Origin: Octopus vulgaris
Taxonomy: Eukaryota
DNA length: 64,000 nucleotides
Direction of reading: 5' to 3'
NCBI GenBank assembly: GCA_951406725.2
Contig: OX597835.1
Coordinates: 16,244,001 to 16,308,000 of the forward strand
In this document: in pieces, positions 26,664-40,850 of the stretch
Position numbering within the stretch: position 1 is the stretch's first letter
Layout of the letters: each line of letters opens with the position of its first letter
Notes under the pieces: model-generated
Databases searched by the model: none
Told to the model about the DNA's origin: nothing
The model's input: only the letters and a program-made list of their open reading frames with translations
Translations under genes and position numbers: made by a program

Positions 26664-27339
26664 GTATGTATATATAATTACACAATTACACACCCATAGT
26701 TTTCTGTTTATTTTGTAGTACAATAACATACACGTCTTCCAATCAATACAACCTTTTGTTAGAAGCGTGAATGTAGTCTAATAGATATATCTATGTTTCA
26801 CATTCCCAAACCCTGGTTTCGTTCAGTTTGTCTCTTCGGAAAATTGTCCAAGTTACCAGATTAGAAAGAAATCAAATGACTTATTAGTAAGTGTAAGTTG
26901 TACGAATCACAAGGAGTCTGCTAACAATTGTCATGTATCTAGAACATCCTATTTTGAAATTCATGAAGAAGAATTGGACATTGACAAGTCAAAACTAGTT
27001 CACTTCTTTTTTTTCTTTTTTTTTTTTTTTTCAGACTTTGGTATTGTGAGAAACGATGATCAAATTTTCTATAGGACAGAACTTGCAGCATTTTGATTTC
27101 ATTCTAAATGCCCATCCATCATCTAACAGTGCCATATGATGCTGGTTATTATTCCTTTGATTTCCAAATAGCCTTTGAAAGTGTTGTGGTGGTTTTTTTC
27201 TGACACAGATAACTTTTGAAGGAATACTCTGCATGTCTTACGCATCTTGCTTATGGTAGAAACACCAACCTAGTATACAATTTCTTTTTCCAGGGAATTA
27301 CTAGTATTATTATTATTATTTTTATTATTATTATTATTT

Positions 27340-27447
27340 ACACGGACTTTTTCAAACGGACAAAACCCTTTGTAACTTTCGTCCCGTGTTTTGTTCCTTT
27401 ATGTTTTAATTGATTTTTGTTAGCCCTTGTGGCCAATAAACGAACGA

Positions 27448-27450
<3 letters not shown>
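27340..27450 (+). mobile_element. Second 3' end of the Tx1-like LINE, inside (TTA)n
   Basis: ggacaaaaccctttgtaactttcgtcc...tagcccttgtggccaataaa, homologous to 12095-12180. Confidence 0.8.
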
Positions 27451-27477
<27 letters not shown>

Positions 27478-27478
<1 letters not shown>

Positions 27479-27990
27479 GTTCATCTGTCATTGTTGATGA
27501 TGACCAAGGACATCACATGGGAAAAGAAGATCGGGCATGGTTTGTCCAGCTGTGACCAATCAGTCCAGTGTCTACTCAGAAAGCTCTGCTACAGTTCAGG
27601 CACTGGTGATCAATTGTTACTGAGGGCAAGAAATTGGCTCTGGACTTCTTTTTGCACCTGCAATCCTGTTCTGTTTGCATGTGGTCGGACCTCAGTTGGG
27701 GCAGCTTTACCAGCCATGACAGTCTTGTGTTTGCATTTCTCAGATAATGGGGTTAATTGCAATGCTCTTCAGAGATGCTATGGGTGTGCTTTTTCTGTCC
27801 ACCTTGTGTGTGCTTGTCATCTGCCAGTTCATTGTAAAACAGTCTCTTGGGGAATTGCATATCAGGCATTCAAACAAGGTGGCCTGCCTGCACTCTCCTC
27901 AATTGTCACCAATGTTCCAGACCCCTTTTCCCTGCAGTTCTGTTTCATTTATTTCCAATACAATGAGGAGATTTGTCAACCAAGCAAGCA
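27478..27990 (-). pseudogene. Decayed RTE-clade LINE ORF C-terminus and 3' end
   Basis: AGHLV*MPDMQFPKRLFYNELADDKHTQGGQK...ASLKSIAINP, plus a zinc-finger remnant CLNCSRAF..GLIGHSWT. Confidence 0.8.
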
Positions 27991-28117
27991 TTTAAAATAA
28001 AACTGTGACACAGGCATCTAGTCCCAGTTTAACTCCACATAAAGAAGCATGCACATCACACAAATACACAAACATACATACATATACATGCACACAAACA
28101 TACATGTGTGCACGCAT

Positions 28118-28152
<35 letters not shown>

Positions 28153-29040
28153 GTCACCAACTGAAATTATCAATTCACTACAGCAAGGAGATCCTGCCTC
28201 TCTGAGATACTGACCTATAGAGTAACTCTTGCCTCATCTGAAGGTATGATAAAAGTATTACACAGGACTTCAGGCCAATAACTTCAAAGAAAGGTTTAAT
28301 CAGCACATGCATTCTTTCAGATTTAGGAATAAGGAAATCTCCTTGCTGTTCTCATCTGGAGAGTCTAATACCTAGAAAATGACTTGCACAGTGTAAACTG
28401 GAATATTCTTTAAAAGGCTCTTTTGTTTATATCCCATAATGCACAATCATCATATTTGTCTCTATGAGAAAATGTACACAGTGTAACAGCTTGTTGGATC
28501 TCTTAACTGAGCTGATATATATCTATCAACAATGAGCTTTCTGTTAGTAAGTTTTAAGCCATTTCCTGTTAATACTTTCCCATGAATTGTAACTAAAATT
28601 AAATTACAATGAAACTTCTAATTAAAACAAGGAAAACTTTTCCTGCCCAAGCTGATGATAATGATCATCATTATTATCAGCGTTTGATGTTTGGTATGGG
28701 TTGGACTGTCAGAGAGGAGCTGGCAAGCCAAAGGGCTACAGCTGGTACAAGTCATCTGTTTTGATATTGTTTTTATGGCCAGATGCCCTTTCTAATGCCA
28801 ACCACTTTACAGAGTGTAATGAGTGCTTTGTACGTGGTACGAGTGTGAGTGCTTTTTAAATGGCACCAGCACAAGAGCTTTATATGTGACACCAGAATGG
28901 GTGCTCTTTATGTGGTGCCAACACAAGTGCCTTTTACATGGCGCTGGCACTGTGATTAGAAGTTGTCACCTATTTATCAGCAGTGACTGATTCCACAGTG
29001 TGGCTTGAAGTGGCCACTAAGCATGAGTCTTGCTTTAAAA

Positions 29041-29389
29041 GATAAAGGGTAAAGACCCCCTTCAGTCATGAATGACCATGGGGTTGCACCTAGAAAGTTC
29101 CCCTCTGAGGCACAAGTCTGGGCAAGGTTGTTTATGGAAGACCAGCAGTCACCCATGCATACCAACCTCCCCTTTCCAAACCAGTGATGTCATCCAAGGG
29201 AAAGGTAAAGGCTGGCACCAGCTTGGCACCAGTGATGTCGCAACTCATGTCTACAGCTGAGTTAAGTGAAGCAACGTGAAATAAAGTGTCTTGCTCAAGA
29301 ACACAACACACACCCCAGACCAGGAATCGAACTGACTACCTCATGACTGTAAGCCTGACACTTTAACCCCTGAACCACGTGCCTTCACC
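29041..29389 (-). mobile_element. SINE family E (tRNA head, CORE-like block)
   Basis: Homologous to 31310-31645 (+), 33070-33370 (-) and 42130-42485 (-); gtgttcttgagcaagacactttatttcacgttgct block. Confidence 0.85.
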
Positions 29390-29763
29390 ACTGAACAAAA
29401 ATCAGCCTTCTTTCAAAGCCATGACATCCTTACCACTCTTTTGAAAGAAAAGAGCTCTAAGTATAACACCAGAAAGTGACTATCAGTGAAATACGACTGT
29501 TCTTCCAACAGCAGCAGAAAATGTGAACTATGTTTAGCAGAGAAGAAACTGACAGAATCCCTTATACTTGGATTATATCTCAATGCTAAATCAAAACATT
29601 TAAAATTAGAATATACATGAGAGGAAGTACATGCTCAGATACTGGTCTAGGCCACAGTAGGAGAGTCAGTGCCATTGCTCCATCTATCTCACACACACGC
29701 ATACATATATATGTGAGTATGTGTATGTATGTATGTCTGTGTATGTATGTATGTATGTATGTA

Positions 29764-30068
29764 TCTGGCACCTGTGTCGGTGGCACATAAAAAACACCAT
29801 CCGAGCGTGGCCGTCTGCCAGCCTCGTCTGGCACCTGTGTCGGTGGCACATAAAAAACACCATCCGAGCGTGGCCGTTTGCCAGCCTCGTCTGGCACCTG
29901 TGTCGGTGGCACATAAAATCACCCACTACACTCTCGGAGTGGTTGGCGTTAGGAAGGGCATCCAGCTGTAGAAACACTGCCAGATCTGACTGGCCTGGTG
30001 CAGCCTTCGCGCTCCCCAGACCCCAGTTGAACCGTCCAACCCATGCTAGCATGGAAAGCGGACGTTAA

Positions 30069-30100
<32 letters not shown>
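29764..30100 (+). mobile_element. Family A, RTE-type LINE 3' UTR
   Basis: Three internal repeats, ttggcgttaggaagggcatccagc, (GAT)n tail. Confidence 0.85.
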
Positions 30101-30136
<36 letters not shown>

Positions 30137-30149
30137 GAGAGATAGACAG

Positions 30150-30193
<44 letters not shown>

Positions 30194-30803
30194 GTTAATT
30201 CTGGCCTTACAAAAGGTCATTGCCCAGCTTCAATTACTATCCCTAGCTTGCTAACAGAACATGCAGTCCTGTGTATTACTTTGAGGTCTAACCGTATTTA
30301 AATATCAGTATGACAGGGTTGCAGCATATCAATTAATTAAATAGAGCACAAGGTAAAAGTAATCAAATCCTGATGATGGCTTTAACAAAAGAATGAAACT
30401 AATCAATTACTTGACTCATTTTTTTCTCCCCAGCTGCTGAAAGGTATGTAGTTGAGAGCTACAGCATTTATTTTAGCAGCAGGGCTAAAAATATGTTTCT
30501 TAAATATATTGTTCTTTCTGTCTTTCTTTACAAACTTTATCTCGTTTACAATGTATATAGGGGGTCTAGTTAATTACATACACACGCACACAAACGTGCA
30601 CATACACACAAACGTGCACAGACACAGACACACACAAACGTGTGTATACACACATGCACATACACACACACTTATATATACATATATATATTATAATTTC
30701 ACTTCAGTATAGCAATAGTAGTAACCAGTTGTTATATCTTTATATATGTGTGTGGTGTTCCAGAATAAAGTTAGGCTAGTACAGAGTATAATATAAAGTA
30801 TTT

Positions 30804-30942
30804 AATGACAAGAGAACAGGAATTACATAATCAACTTCATTAGCTTACAGCTGTTTCGGCTTGAAGATGCAGTGCACTTAGCTCTGAATGCACTAGCTGT
30901 GCACTAATGAAGTTGATTAGCAATTTCTGTGCCCTTGTCATT
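30804..30942. mobile_element. Fold-back element with the 3' half of a hammerhead on the minus strand
   Basis: Arms taatcaacttcattag/ctaatgaagttgatta; minus strand cGAAAC-AGCT-GTA-agc at 30843-30859. Confidence 0.6.
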
Positions 30943-30978
30943 CAATAATATATATATATATGTGTGTGTGTGTGTATT

Positions 30979-31295
30979 GTGGAGGCACAATGGCCCAGTG
31001 GTGAGGGCAGTGGACTCACAGTCGGAGGATCGTGGTTTCGATTCCCAGACCATGCGTTGTGTGAGTTTATTGAACAAAAACACCTAAAGCTCCACAAGTC
31101 TCCAGCAGGGGGTGGTGGCGACCCCTGTTGTACTCTTTTGCCCCCAACTTTCTCTCACTCTTTCTTTCTGTTTCTTGAGTAACGCTGCTATGGACTGGCG
31201 TCCTGTCCAGCAGGGGGGTAACACATACGCCACAGAAACCGGGAAACCAGGCCCATGAACCTGGCTAGGCTTGAAAAGGGTGCATAAATAAATAA
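30979..31295 (+). mobile_element. SINE family C head with tail type 3
   Basis: gtggaggcacaatggcccagtggt head; tail tggactggcgtcctgtccag...(TAAA)n. Confidence 0.85.
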
Positions 31296-31309
31296 ATATG
31301 TATGTATAT

Positions 31310-31645
31310 CACATGGCTCAGGAGTTTGTGCATTGGACTCATAATCATGAGGTAGTGAGTTCGATTCCAAGACCGGGCTGTGTGTTGTGTTCTTAAGCAA
31401 GACACTTCATTTCATGTTGCTCCAGTTCACTCAGCTGTAGAAATGAGTTGTAATGTCACTGGTGCCAAGCTGTATCAGCCTTTACCTTTCCTATGGATAA
31501 TATCGGTTGCACAGACAAGGGAGGCTGGTATGCATGGGTGACTGCTGGTCTTCCATAAACGACCTTGCCTGAACTTGTGCCTCGGAGGAGAACTTTCAAG
31601 GTGCAATCCCATGGTCATTCATGACCGAAGGTTTTTTTTACCCTT
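31310..31645 (+). mobile_element. SINE family E
   Basis: Homologous to the 29041 copy. Confidence 0.85.
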
Positions 31646-32051
31646 TTATACATAAATAGAGGAGAGGGTTTACACAGCACCACACAGGTGCTCTTACATG
31701 GCACCAGTGCAAATGCTTTTTACATGGCACCAGCACCCATAAGCTCATGAGATTAGGAATGCTTAGCAGGAGAGGGATGCCTGTATGCAAGGACAATCAA
31801 GTAAATATGTGATCATCCTTGCATAAAGGCGTGTCCCTGCGTCCCTTTTTGGCTGAATGTTTCTAATCTTACTCGTTTGTGGGTGCCAGTCCCATGTAAA
31901 AAGCTCCTGTGTTGGTGCTGCGTAAAAGCACCCGGTAAACCCTGTAAAGTGATTGGTGCTAAGAAGGGCATCCAGCTGTAGAAATCATGCCAAAACAGAC
32001 ATTTAGCCCAGGCAGCTCTCCAGCTGACCACCTCCTATTATAATAATAATA

Positions 32052-32355
32052 AATGCCCTGATGCAGTACCAGGTAGTGGTTCTCGTGGCTTCTGATCTTA
32101 ACTGATTGGAAGTGTCATCATGTACATTGTTTTGATGGGCTACAGCAAATATTCTGCTCAATACCACAGATTTGCTTGTCAGTTGTTTGACTGTAACCAT
32201 TTGAGCATGTCCCTTAGTGACTGACGATATGTGCATCTCTGACCATGAGCAGAAGTAGTGGGAGAGCATCATAGCCATGTGTTGAGAGGGATTCTTTGGG
32301 GTTTGAATAATTCATCTCTGGAAACATGGGTGTTTCGTTCAACATCCTTAAACTG
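32052..32355 (+). mobile_element. Unclassified interspersed repeat H, partial
   Basis: Reverse complement of ~45015-45328. Confidence 0.8.
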
Positions 32356-33009
32356 AAAGGTAAAGTTGACTGCAGCTGGGTTTTTTCGGGGGGTTTTTTC
32401 GATCTTAATGGGTCACACTAAAAAAAAACAGCTTTTCAAACTGAAAAACTTTACTTGCAACTTTGCTGCAGTAGTAGTTTAGCTACAGGACAATAATGAT
32501 CAAATAAAGCTTTTCATTAACTGGTGTGCCAACCATGGCCACCCTGTCTACAGTACTAGGTGTCACAGCTTACCTTGAATTTTTCACCTTGTCAATTCAT
32601 ATTCCAAAAACTTGACTAGGAAGAAAGGGTATCGATATATGCTTTGACCAACATTAAGGAGCTTAGGCGAAAGGACCCATTTAATGCCTTGTTCAGAGGC
32701 ATGTAAAATGGGAGATAAATCCTGTCAAATATCTTGGAGTAGTCTTTCCTTGTTATTGACGCCACGTATTTTGGTGTCTATATGTGTATGTCCGCATCTG
32801 TATGTGCCTAGTTATTGACGTATTTATGTAGGTTATGTGTATATGAGTACAAATGCGTTTATAAGGAAACTTCTTACCACACTGCTACGGCTATATAAAG
32901 CTATGTATACGGTGTGTGTGTGTGTGTATACATACATCCATACATATATACATATATATATACATATACATATATATATATATACATATATACATATACA
33001 TATATATAC

Positions 33010-33057
<48 letters not shown>

Positions 33058-33385
33058 ACACTATACAGTTATGAATGTCCAGGGGATTACATCTAGAAAG
33101 TTCCCCTCCGAGGTACAAGTCTGGGCAAGGTTGTATTATGGAAGACCAGCAATCGCCCATGCATATCAGCCTCCTCCTCTCTCCTCACCACTGATGTTAG
33201 CTAAGGAAAAGGCATAAGGGCCGATACAGCTTGGCACCAGTGACATCACAACTCATTTTCTACAGCTGAGTAAACTGGAGCAACGTGGAATAAAGTGTCT
33301 TGCTCAAGCACACAATGCACAGCCCTGTTAGAGAATCGAACTGACTAGCTCATGACTGTGAACCTAATGCTATATTTACTTTATA

Positions 33386-33507
<122 letters not shown>

Positions 33508-33514
33508 TATATAT

Positions 33515-33699
33515 ATATTGTTGTATTTCGGAATGGTCATTTTGCCACTTTAGCCAATAAAAACACACACACTATATATTTGGTGTTACTTTGCTTAAGT
33601 GTTATTTATTTTTTTACATTAATCTTAATCTTATTTCGGCCAGAGTTCTTTTGTCACACTCTAAACTGGCAAAATGACCATTCCGAAATATAACAATAT
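33515..33699. repeat. Fold-back element with ~37-bp arms, between (TA)n tracts
   Basis: atattgttgtatttcggaatggtcattttgcca / tggcaaaatgaccattccgaaatataacaatat. Confidence 0.9.
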
Positions 33700-33749
33700 C
33701 TGTTTCAACACACGACTTCACATAAAAAATCTTGCACAACAAATATTTA

Positions 33750-33788
<39 letters not shown>

Positions 33789-33877
33789 AGAGTTAGCGAA
33801 CAAAAAAACAAAAGACGAAGACAGGTGGTGTACAAAACAAACAGATGTATTAGTATAACGCTCAGAATAGAAAAAGT

Positions 33878-33913
33878 CTTTTACGTTTCGAGCCTATGCT
33901 CTTCTACAGAAAG
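33878..33913 (-). ncRNA. Minimal hammerhead-like motif with variant core
   Basis: Minus strand cttt-CTGTAGA-a-gagc-atag-gctc-GAAAC-GTA-aaag: stems I and II intact, loopless palindromic stem III. Confidence 0.55.
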
Positions 33914-34719
33914 GGACACAGAAAAAACAAGGAGAGAAAAAAAATGTGTAGTGGCTATATATATATATATAACTCCAAGAAAGTTAGAGGTTGTGAATCC
34001 AACCAACTAAGGGATAATATCTACCCAATATACTGCTGGTAGAATACCCAATTATTAATGCACAAGTGTCTTTTATTGCATGGCAATTACATTACTGAGT
34101 GTACTAAATGGGCGAAGGTAAAGAGATATTTTACCATTAATTTATACAGCAATAAGAAAATGGAGGAGATCAATAGGGGGTTCATCAACTTTTAGACATT
34201 GTAGGGAATACGACTGTACGTAAGGAGTTGGTGACAAATGTCTCCTTTTTAACGCCGCATGGTACCCCCTAACAAATTATGAAGCCAAATACATGATATA
34301 AAATACAGCAGTACTATGCATAGATTAAATACTGAGATTAAAAGGTAGGGGCAAATTATGCCTACCTAATCTACAAAAAAATATATATTTTGCATTTTAT
34401 GCATAGTAATCAGAGTAACCTTCATAATTTTATTGAATTCTGTGCATATTCTGCCAGAAAAGGAAAATGTTACTATTGATCTATTATTTTCAGGGTAGGC
34501 ACTGCTTTCCTTGCCTACCTAGGTGGCATGCATGTATATATGTATGTCTGTGCACATGTATCAGTATGTGCACATGTATGTATGTGTATAGATGTACTAT
34601 ATATGTGCGTGTGTGTATGGGGGGGTTCTCTTCAGTTTTTGATTATCTGAAGTATTCCTGTAAGGAAGGACTGTGTGAACCTATTAATATATGTATATAT
34701 ATATAAGAATGTATGCATA

Positions 34720-34760
<41 letters not shown>

Positions 34761-34824
34761 AATGTGTATGCGTGTGTGTATACATACATACATACATACA
34801 TACATACATACATACATACATACA

Positions 34825-34879
<55 letters not shown>

Positions 34880-35088
34880 CATCATAAAATATGAATTAGA
34901 GATAAAACCACTATTATGCAACTCAAACAGTGATAGAAATAAACCAATACATAAATAACAAATAATATAAGTATAATTAATATAATATATAATATATATA
35001 TATATATATATATGTAATTTTTTTTCTCAAAAAGTATAAAAAGAATGATAAATATAATATAAGTAAAAACACTACGTACGTTTCATGG

Positions 35089-35120
<32 letters not shown>

Positions 35121-35604
35121 CATATATACATGTGTGTAGAAATGCATGTATGTAAGTATGTTTGTAGAAAGATGTATATGTATGTCGTCAGCTGATTCTT
35201 TTTAAGCGTCATCTCAGAGCAAATGGGTGTATGATTGCAAGAAGTTTCACCGACCAAACTGACAAAACAACCATTGTGTTGACAATATTTTTTCATTTGT
35301 TTTTGGAACCTGTTTTGGGTGGAATGCAGAAATATAGGTTTACGTCGTTTCTTAATTGACAATTACCATTCTCTGAGTCAGAAAATATATTTATATTTTA
35401 CAAAATAAATTTACATATTTTTTCTTGTGTTCTTCTTTGCGTACACACACGCTCATGCGCGCGCACACACACACACACATACACACACAAACACATACAT
35501 GTGTGTGGTTGTGTGTGTGTGTGTGTGTGCCTGTGTGTGAGTATATACCTACATACACACACACACACACAAACATACATACGCATGCACATATATGTAT
35601 ATAA

Positions 35605-35728
35605 TATAATTATTAATTTTGAAAACAGAGAGATCTAATGGATACAAGTTAATTAATTAATTAATTAACATATTCACCATTAATTTGAATCCATTTGATC
35701 TCTCTGTTTTCGAACTTAATAATAATAT
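35605..35728. repeat. Fold-back element
   Basis: gaaaacagagagatc.aatggat / atccatt.gatctctctgttttc. Confidence 0.85.
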
Positions 35729-35892
35729 TTGATATTTTACAATATTTTATATAACATATTCATTAAAGAAATTTCCCTTCAAAATACAATATATTAAACC
35801 AGGGTATCTTGGACAAAAATATCCCTATAAGAGGTCTAAATATCCCCATAGTAACTATATGTGTATGTGTGTGTATATATATAGAGAGAGAG

Positions 35893-35924
<32 letters not shown>

Positions 35925-35927
<3 letters not shown>

Positions 35928-36170
35928 CGTAGGAGTAGCTGTGTGGTAAGTAGCTTGCTTATGAACCACATGGTTCTGGGTTCAGTCCAACTGCATAGCA
36001 CCTTGGCCAAGTGTCTTCTACTATAGCCGTGGGCCGAACAAAGCCTTGTGAGCGGATTTGGTAGACGGAAACTGAAAGAAGCGTGTGTGTGTGTGTGTGT
36101 ATATATATATGTGTGTGTGTGTATATATATATGTGTGTGTGTATATATATATATATATCTGTATATATTG

Positions 36171-36213
<43 letters not shown>

Positions 36214-36450
36214 CGTGTGTGTGTGTATATATATGTTTGTGTGTCTGTGTTTGTCACCCCAACATCGCTTGACAACCGATGCTGGTGTGTTTACATCCCC
36301 GTAACCTAGTGGTTCGGCAAAAGAGGTCCAATAGAATAAGTACTAGGTTTACAAAGAATAAGTCCTGGGGTCATTTTGCTCGACTAAACGCGGTGCTCCA
36401 GCATGACCACAGTCAAATGACTGAAACAAGTAAAAGAGTAAAAAGAGAGA
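35925..36450 (+). mobile_element. SINE family B with expanded internal microsatellite
   Basis: Head and tail match the 9939 copy; ~150 bp of (TA)/(TG) inside. Confidence 0.9.
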
Positions 36451-36489
<39 letters not shown>

Positions 36490-36493
<4 letters not shown>

Positions 36494-37640
36494 GCAGTAC
36501 CCAAGAGTAACGGAAAATATTCTCTGTGGGACAAGTCTATTGTAGTTCAAATTTCTGCCACTAGTAGCCACTTGATGTGACCCTCAGGCCTCAGTCTGCC
36601 AACTGGTGTCTCTGATTGAAGTCGTACTGCCACATGCTGTGTCTTTGTTTTGTAGTGCTTCTCCCTTGTTTGTCGATTTTTGCAATGGCTGAAATGAAGG
36701 AACAGTGTACTTGCATGAAATCCTGTTTTCTGCTGGAGAAAATGGTGGCTGAAAGAGTTGTCATGCTTCGAACAGTTCACAAGGGCACTGCTACGAGCAA
36801 AACACAAGTTTACAAGTGGTTTCCATGCTTTAGGAATGGCCACTTGTCATTTGAAGGCCAACCTTGTTAAGGGTAACTGTTGACCTCCTGAATGAAGGAA
36901 AACATCACGAAAATTCTTGCACTGATTTTAGAGGACTGTCACCATACAATTGACAAACTTTTTGATATGACTGGTTTGTCCTGGAACTCCTGCCAACGAA
37001 TTTTGAGTGAGGAATTGCTAATGAAAGGAGTTGCAGCAAAATTTGTGCCTTGCTTGCTCATGGAAGATCAAAAGCAGTCATGGCTGAATGAATGTCTTGA
37101 ACTGAAAGGACAGTTTGAAGCTGATCTGGACTTTTTCTCAAAGGTCATCACTGGTGATGAAAGCTGGTGCCATGGCTACGACTCAGAAATGAAGCAGCAA
37201 TCAAGTCAATGGAAGCATTCAATGGCATTACACTCCCAAAAAAGGGTGCCAAGTGAAATCTAACATCAAGATGTTGCTGATTTGTTTCATCAAAGCATAA
37301 GGAACCATCCACACTGAATTTGTTCCTCCTGGTGAAACTGTTAACCGGATATTTTACTTGGCAGTTGCGAACAATTTGCAAGACGTGGTGAGAGGAAAAT
37401 GCCTCGACTCATGACAAAATGGAGAATAGTGGTTTCATCACAACAATGCTCCAGTGCATGTCACCTTAAGTGTGAGACAGTTTTGGGTTACAAATGGCAT
37501 GACCCTGTTTACTCACTTGATCTTGATTCCTGCGACTTTTTTTTTCTTACCCCAAATGACAAAAAATCCTTAAAGATGTGAAAGAGGTGAAGAAAAAACG
37601 ACAGACGTGTAAACAGGCATCAATATGCAAGAGTTTTACA
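36490..37640 (+). pseudogene. Decayed mariner (Tc1/mariner) transposase
   Basis: ATG at 36685; KTQVYKWF..FRNG, AAKFVP..L, VITGDESW..YD.E.KQQS.QW, HTEFVPPGETVN, HHNNAP.H, YSLDLDSCDFF (degenerate YSPDLAPCD); multiple stops and frameshifts. Confidence 0.95.
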
Positions 37641-37710
37641 ATATATATATATATATAGTGAGTGGATAAACGAAAGAAGAGCACTCAACTTGTCTCATTC
37701 AAATTCAAAA

Positions 37711-37750
37711 TAGCTGGAGATTAGCATCACACTTGAAACTCAGAGTACTA
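37711..37750 (+). ncRNA. Degenerate hammerhead-like motif
   Basis: tag-CTGGAGA-..-GAAAC-tcaga-GTA-cta within short inverted arms attcaaatt/aatttgaat, between (TA)n tracts; stem II not evident. Confidence 0.4.
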
Positions 37751-37778
37751 ACAAATTTGAATCAAACTGTTTTCATCC

Positions 37779-37892
<114 letters not shown>

Positions 37893-38339
37893 ATATGTAT
37901 GTATATATATACATATATACATACATATACATATATACATACATATACATATATAATATGTATGTATATATATATATGTACACACACACACACACACACA
38001 TACACATGTTTACGTGTATATGCTTGTAGTGTGGAATGTAAACAGGATTATTATACTATATCTTAGACATGAATCTTTTGTACAATCAACCTCCTTCTGG
38101 TTGACTGTTTTCGGGTTTGGATTTACTTTCTTGTCTCAGCTCACTGACAAACTCAGTCAACCATGAAAAAATTGGTTCTTTCCGGTATTTGTGGTCCTGT
38201 TATAATATAATCCTGTTTAACTCACATTTGTCAAAATCTATCAGCCTGTCTGTGTATGTATGTATGTATGTATGTATGTATGTATCTATCTATCTATCCA
38301 TCCATCTATATCTACACACACACTTTTATGTGTATGTGG

Positions 38340-38390
<51 letters not shown>

Positions 38391-38680
38391 CATACATATA
38401 TACAAACATACATATATATAATACATTTGTTTGTTTGTACTCCACCTGCCTTCGTCTTTTGTTTATTTTCGTAAACCTTCCCATTATATATACATACATA
38501 CATATATATACATACATACATATATACATACATATATACATATATACATAAATAATACATATATATATATATACATACATACATAAATACATACATATAT
38601 ATACATACATACATTCATACATACATACGTAGGTATTATCTCTTAGAGTGTTGGATCCACAACCCCTGACTTATTTGGAG

Positions 38681-38752
<72 letters not shown>

Positions 38753-39173
38753 GTATATATACACTCACACATACATACATACATACATACATATATACAT
38801 ACACACACACTCTCTCTCTCACACACACACACATTTATGCATGTGTGCATGTGTGTGTGCATGAAGATATGTATGTATATGTAATTAGGAAAAAGGAGCT
38901 TTTCTCTCAAACCTGCTCTGTTTAAGCCATGACTGTCCTCTGGATCATCACAGGTCAGTGGTGTCAGAGGCATTATCATGTGTAGCACTGACCAGGTCCA
39001 CTAGTACTCTCTATCGCTGGCAGTCCACTGCAGGCAGTCCATTGCTGGCGATCCATTGCTAGGATGAAAATCCATTATGAAACCAAAGCACAAAGGTGGA
39101 GGATGGTGTTGGTGTGATTCTTGAGGGAATCATTTGTGATGTTTGCAAAAATAAATAAATACATAAATAAATA

Positions 39174-39575
39174 GGCGCAGGAGTGGCTGTGTGGTAAGTA
39201 GCTTGCTAACCAACCTCATGGTTCCGGGTTCAGTCCCACTGCGTGGCATCTTGGGCAAGTGTCTTCTGCTATAGCCCCGGGTCGACCAATGCCTTGTGAG
39301 TGGATTTGGTAGACGGAAACTGAAAGAAGCCTGTCGTATATATGTATATATATATATATGCGTGTGTGTGTTTGTGTGTCTGTGTTTGTCCCCCTAGCAT
39401 TGCTTGACAACCGATGCTGGTGTGTTTACGTCCCCGTCACTTAGCGGTTCAGCAAAAAGAGACCGATAGAATAAGTACTGGGCTTACAAAGAATAAGTCC
39501 CGGGGTCGATTTGCTCGACTAAAGGCGGTGCTCCAGCATGGCCGCAGTCAAATGACTGAAACAAGTAAAAGAGAA
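39174..39575 (+). mobile_element. SINE family B, full length
   Basis: Matches the 9939 copy. Confidence 0.92.
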
Positions 39576-39994
39576 AAGAGAAAGAGAAATGAATAAATAA
39601 ATGAAAAAATACAATATAGATGAACAAATGAAAAAGGATAAAAACAAAAAAAAATTAAAATTAAACCCAGGCTCGTTAGTCATTTGATGGCTTCTGGTTG
39701 AAATGCAGTTAAACCTGTTACTCACCATTTTAATTATCTCTGCAATAAGAAAGTGGTAATGCTTGAAATTACATTGATAACCACTAGGGATGTGTGTGTG
39801 TGTGTGTATGTTTATATATGTGCATACAGATATTTGTATGTGTGTGGGTTTTTGTGTATGTGTATGTATGTGTGCATATGTGTGTGTGTGTATGCCTGCA
39901 TATATATTTCTTTACTACCCACAAGGGGCTAAACACAGATGAAATACCACTACACATTTTGCCCGGCGTGCTAACGTTTCTGCCAGCTCGGGCC

Positions 39995-40055
39995 AACCAA
40001 AACCTTGTGAGTGGATTTGGTAGACGGAAACTGAAAGAAGCTCATCGTATATATG

Positions 40056-40092
<37 letters not shown>

Positions 40093-40320
40093 TTGTATGT
40101 GTGTATTTGTCCCCCTCACATTGCTTGACAACCGATGCTGGTGTACTTACATCCCTGTCACTGAGCAGTTCGGCAAAAGAGACTGATAGAATAAGTACTG
40201 GGCTTACAAAGAATAAGTCCCAGGGTTGATTTGCTCGACTAAAGGCGGTGCTCCAGCATGGTCGCAGTCAAATGACTGAAACAAGTAAAAGAGTAAAAAA
40301 GTGTAAAAGTGTAAAAGAGT
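39995..40320 (+). mobile_element. SINE family B, 5'-truncated, preceded by an internally deleted SINE D
   Basis: Homology to other copies in window. Confidence 0.85.
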
Positions 40321-40850
40321 ATATATATATATATTATATATACACACATACATACTGTATATGTATGTATAAACATTTAGATATATATGTATATATATGT
40401 ATATGTGTATATATATATAAATGTATGTGTGTGTGTAAGTTGTGTGTGTGCGTGTGTATGTGCATGTGTGTGCATGTGTGTGTAAGTATGTGTGTATTTA
40501 TGTAACAGCCCTTCTCTAAAACATCTCAAGTTGTTAAACCCCGCCCTACAATGCTCCACCCCACTCATTACCTCGTTCCCATTTCTAACATTATTCCTTA
40601 AAACATGTCAACTTTTATTGTTCTAGAAAAATCAATAAAACTGTTCAATAACAGCAATTCAGTTTGAACACTGAAGGTTTTTTTTAAAAAAAAAGTTATT
40701 GGTCGTATCTTTGAAGCTATCATTGATTTGAGACCGACATCAGCTGTTGGCCCCATCTGGTTCAGTCTGACACGGATGAGTGGTTGGTAGTAGTGGCTGT
40801 TGTTGTTGTTGTTGTTGTGATGGTGGTGGTGTTTTTAATGATTTTTTTAG

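Noticed and set aside
27491-28000. 169-aa Cys-rich plus-strand ORF
   Set aside because: Antisense shadow of the decayed RTE ORF on the minus strand
30370-30410. CTGATGA...GAAAC hammerhead remnant
   Set aside because: Stem II and the cleavage triplet are too decayed to call; may be a fossil
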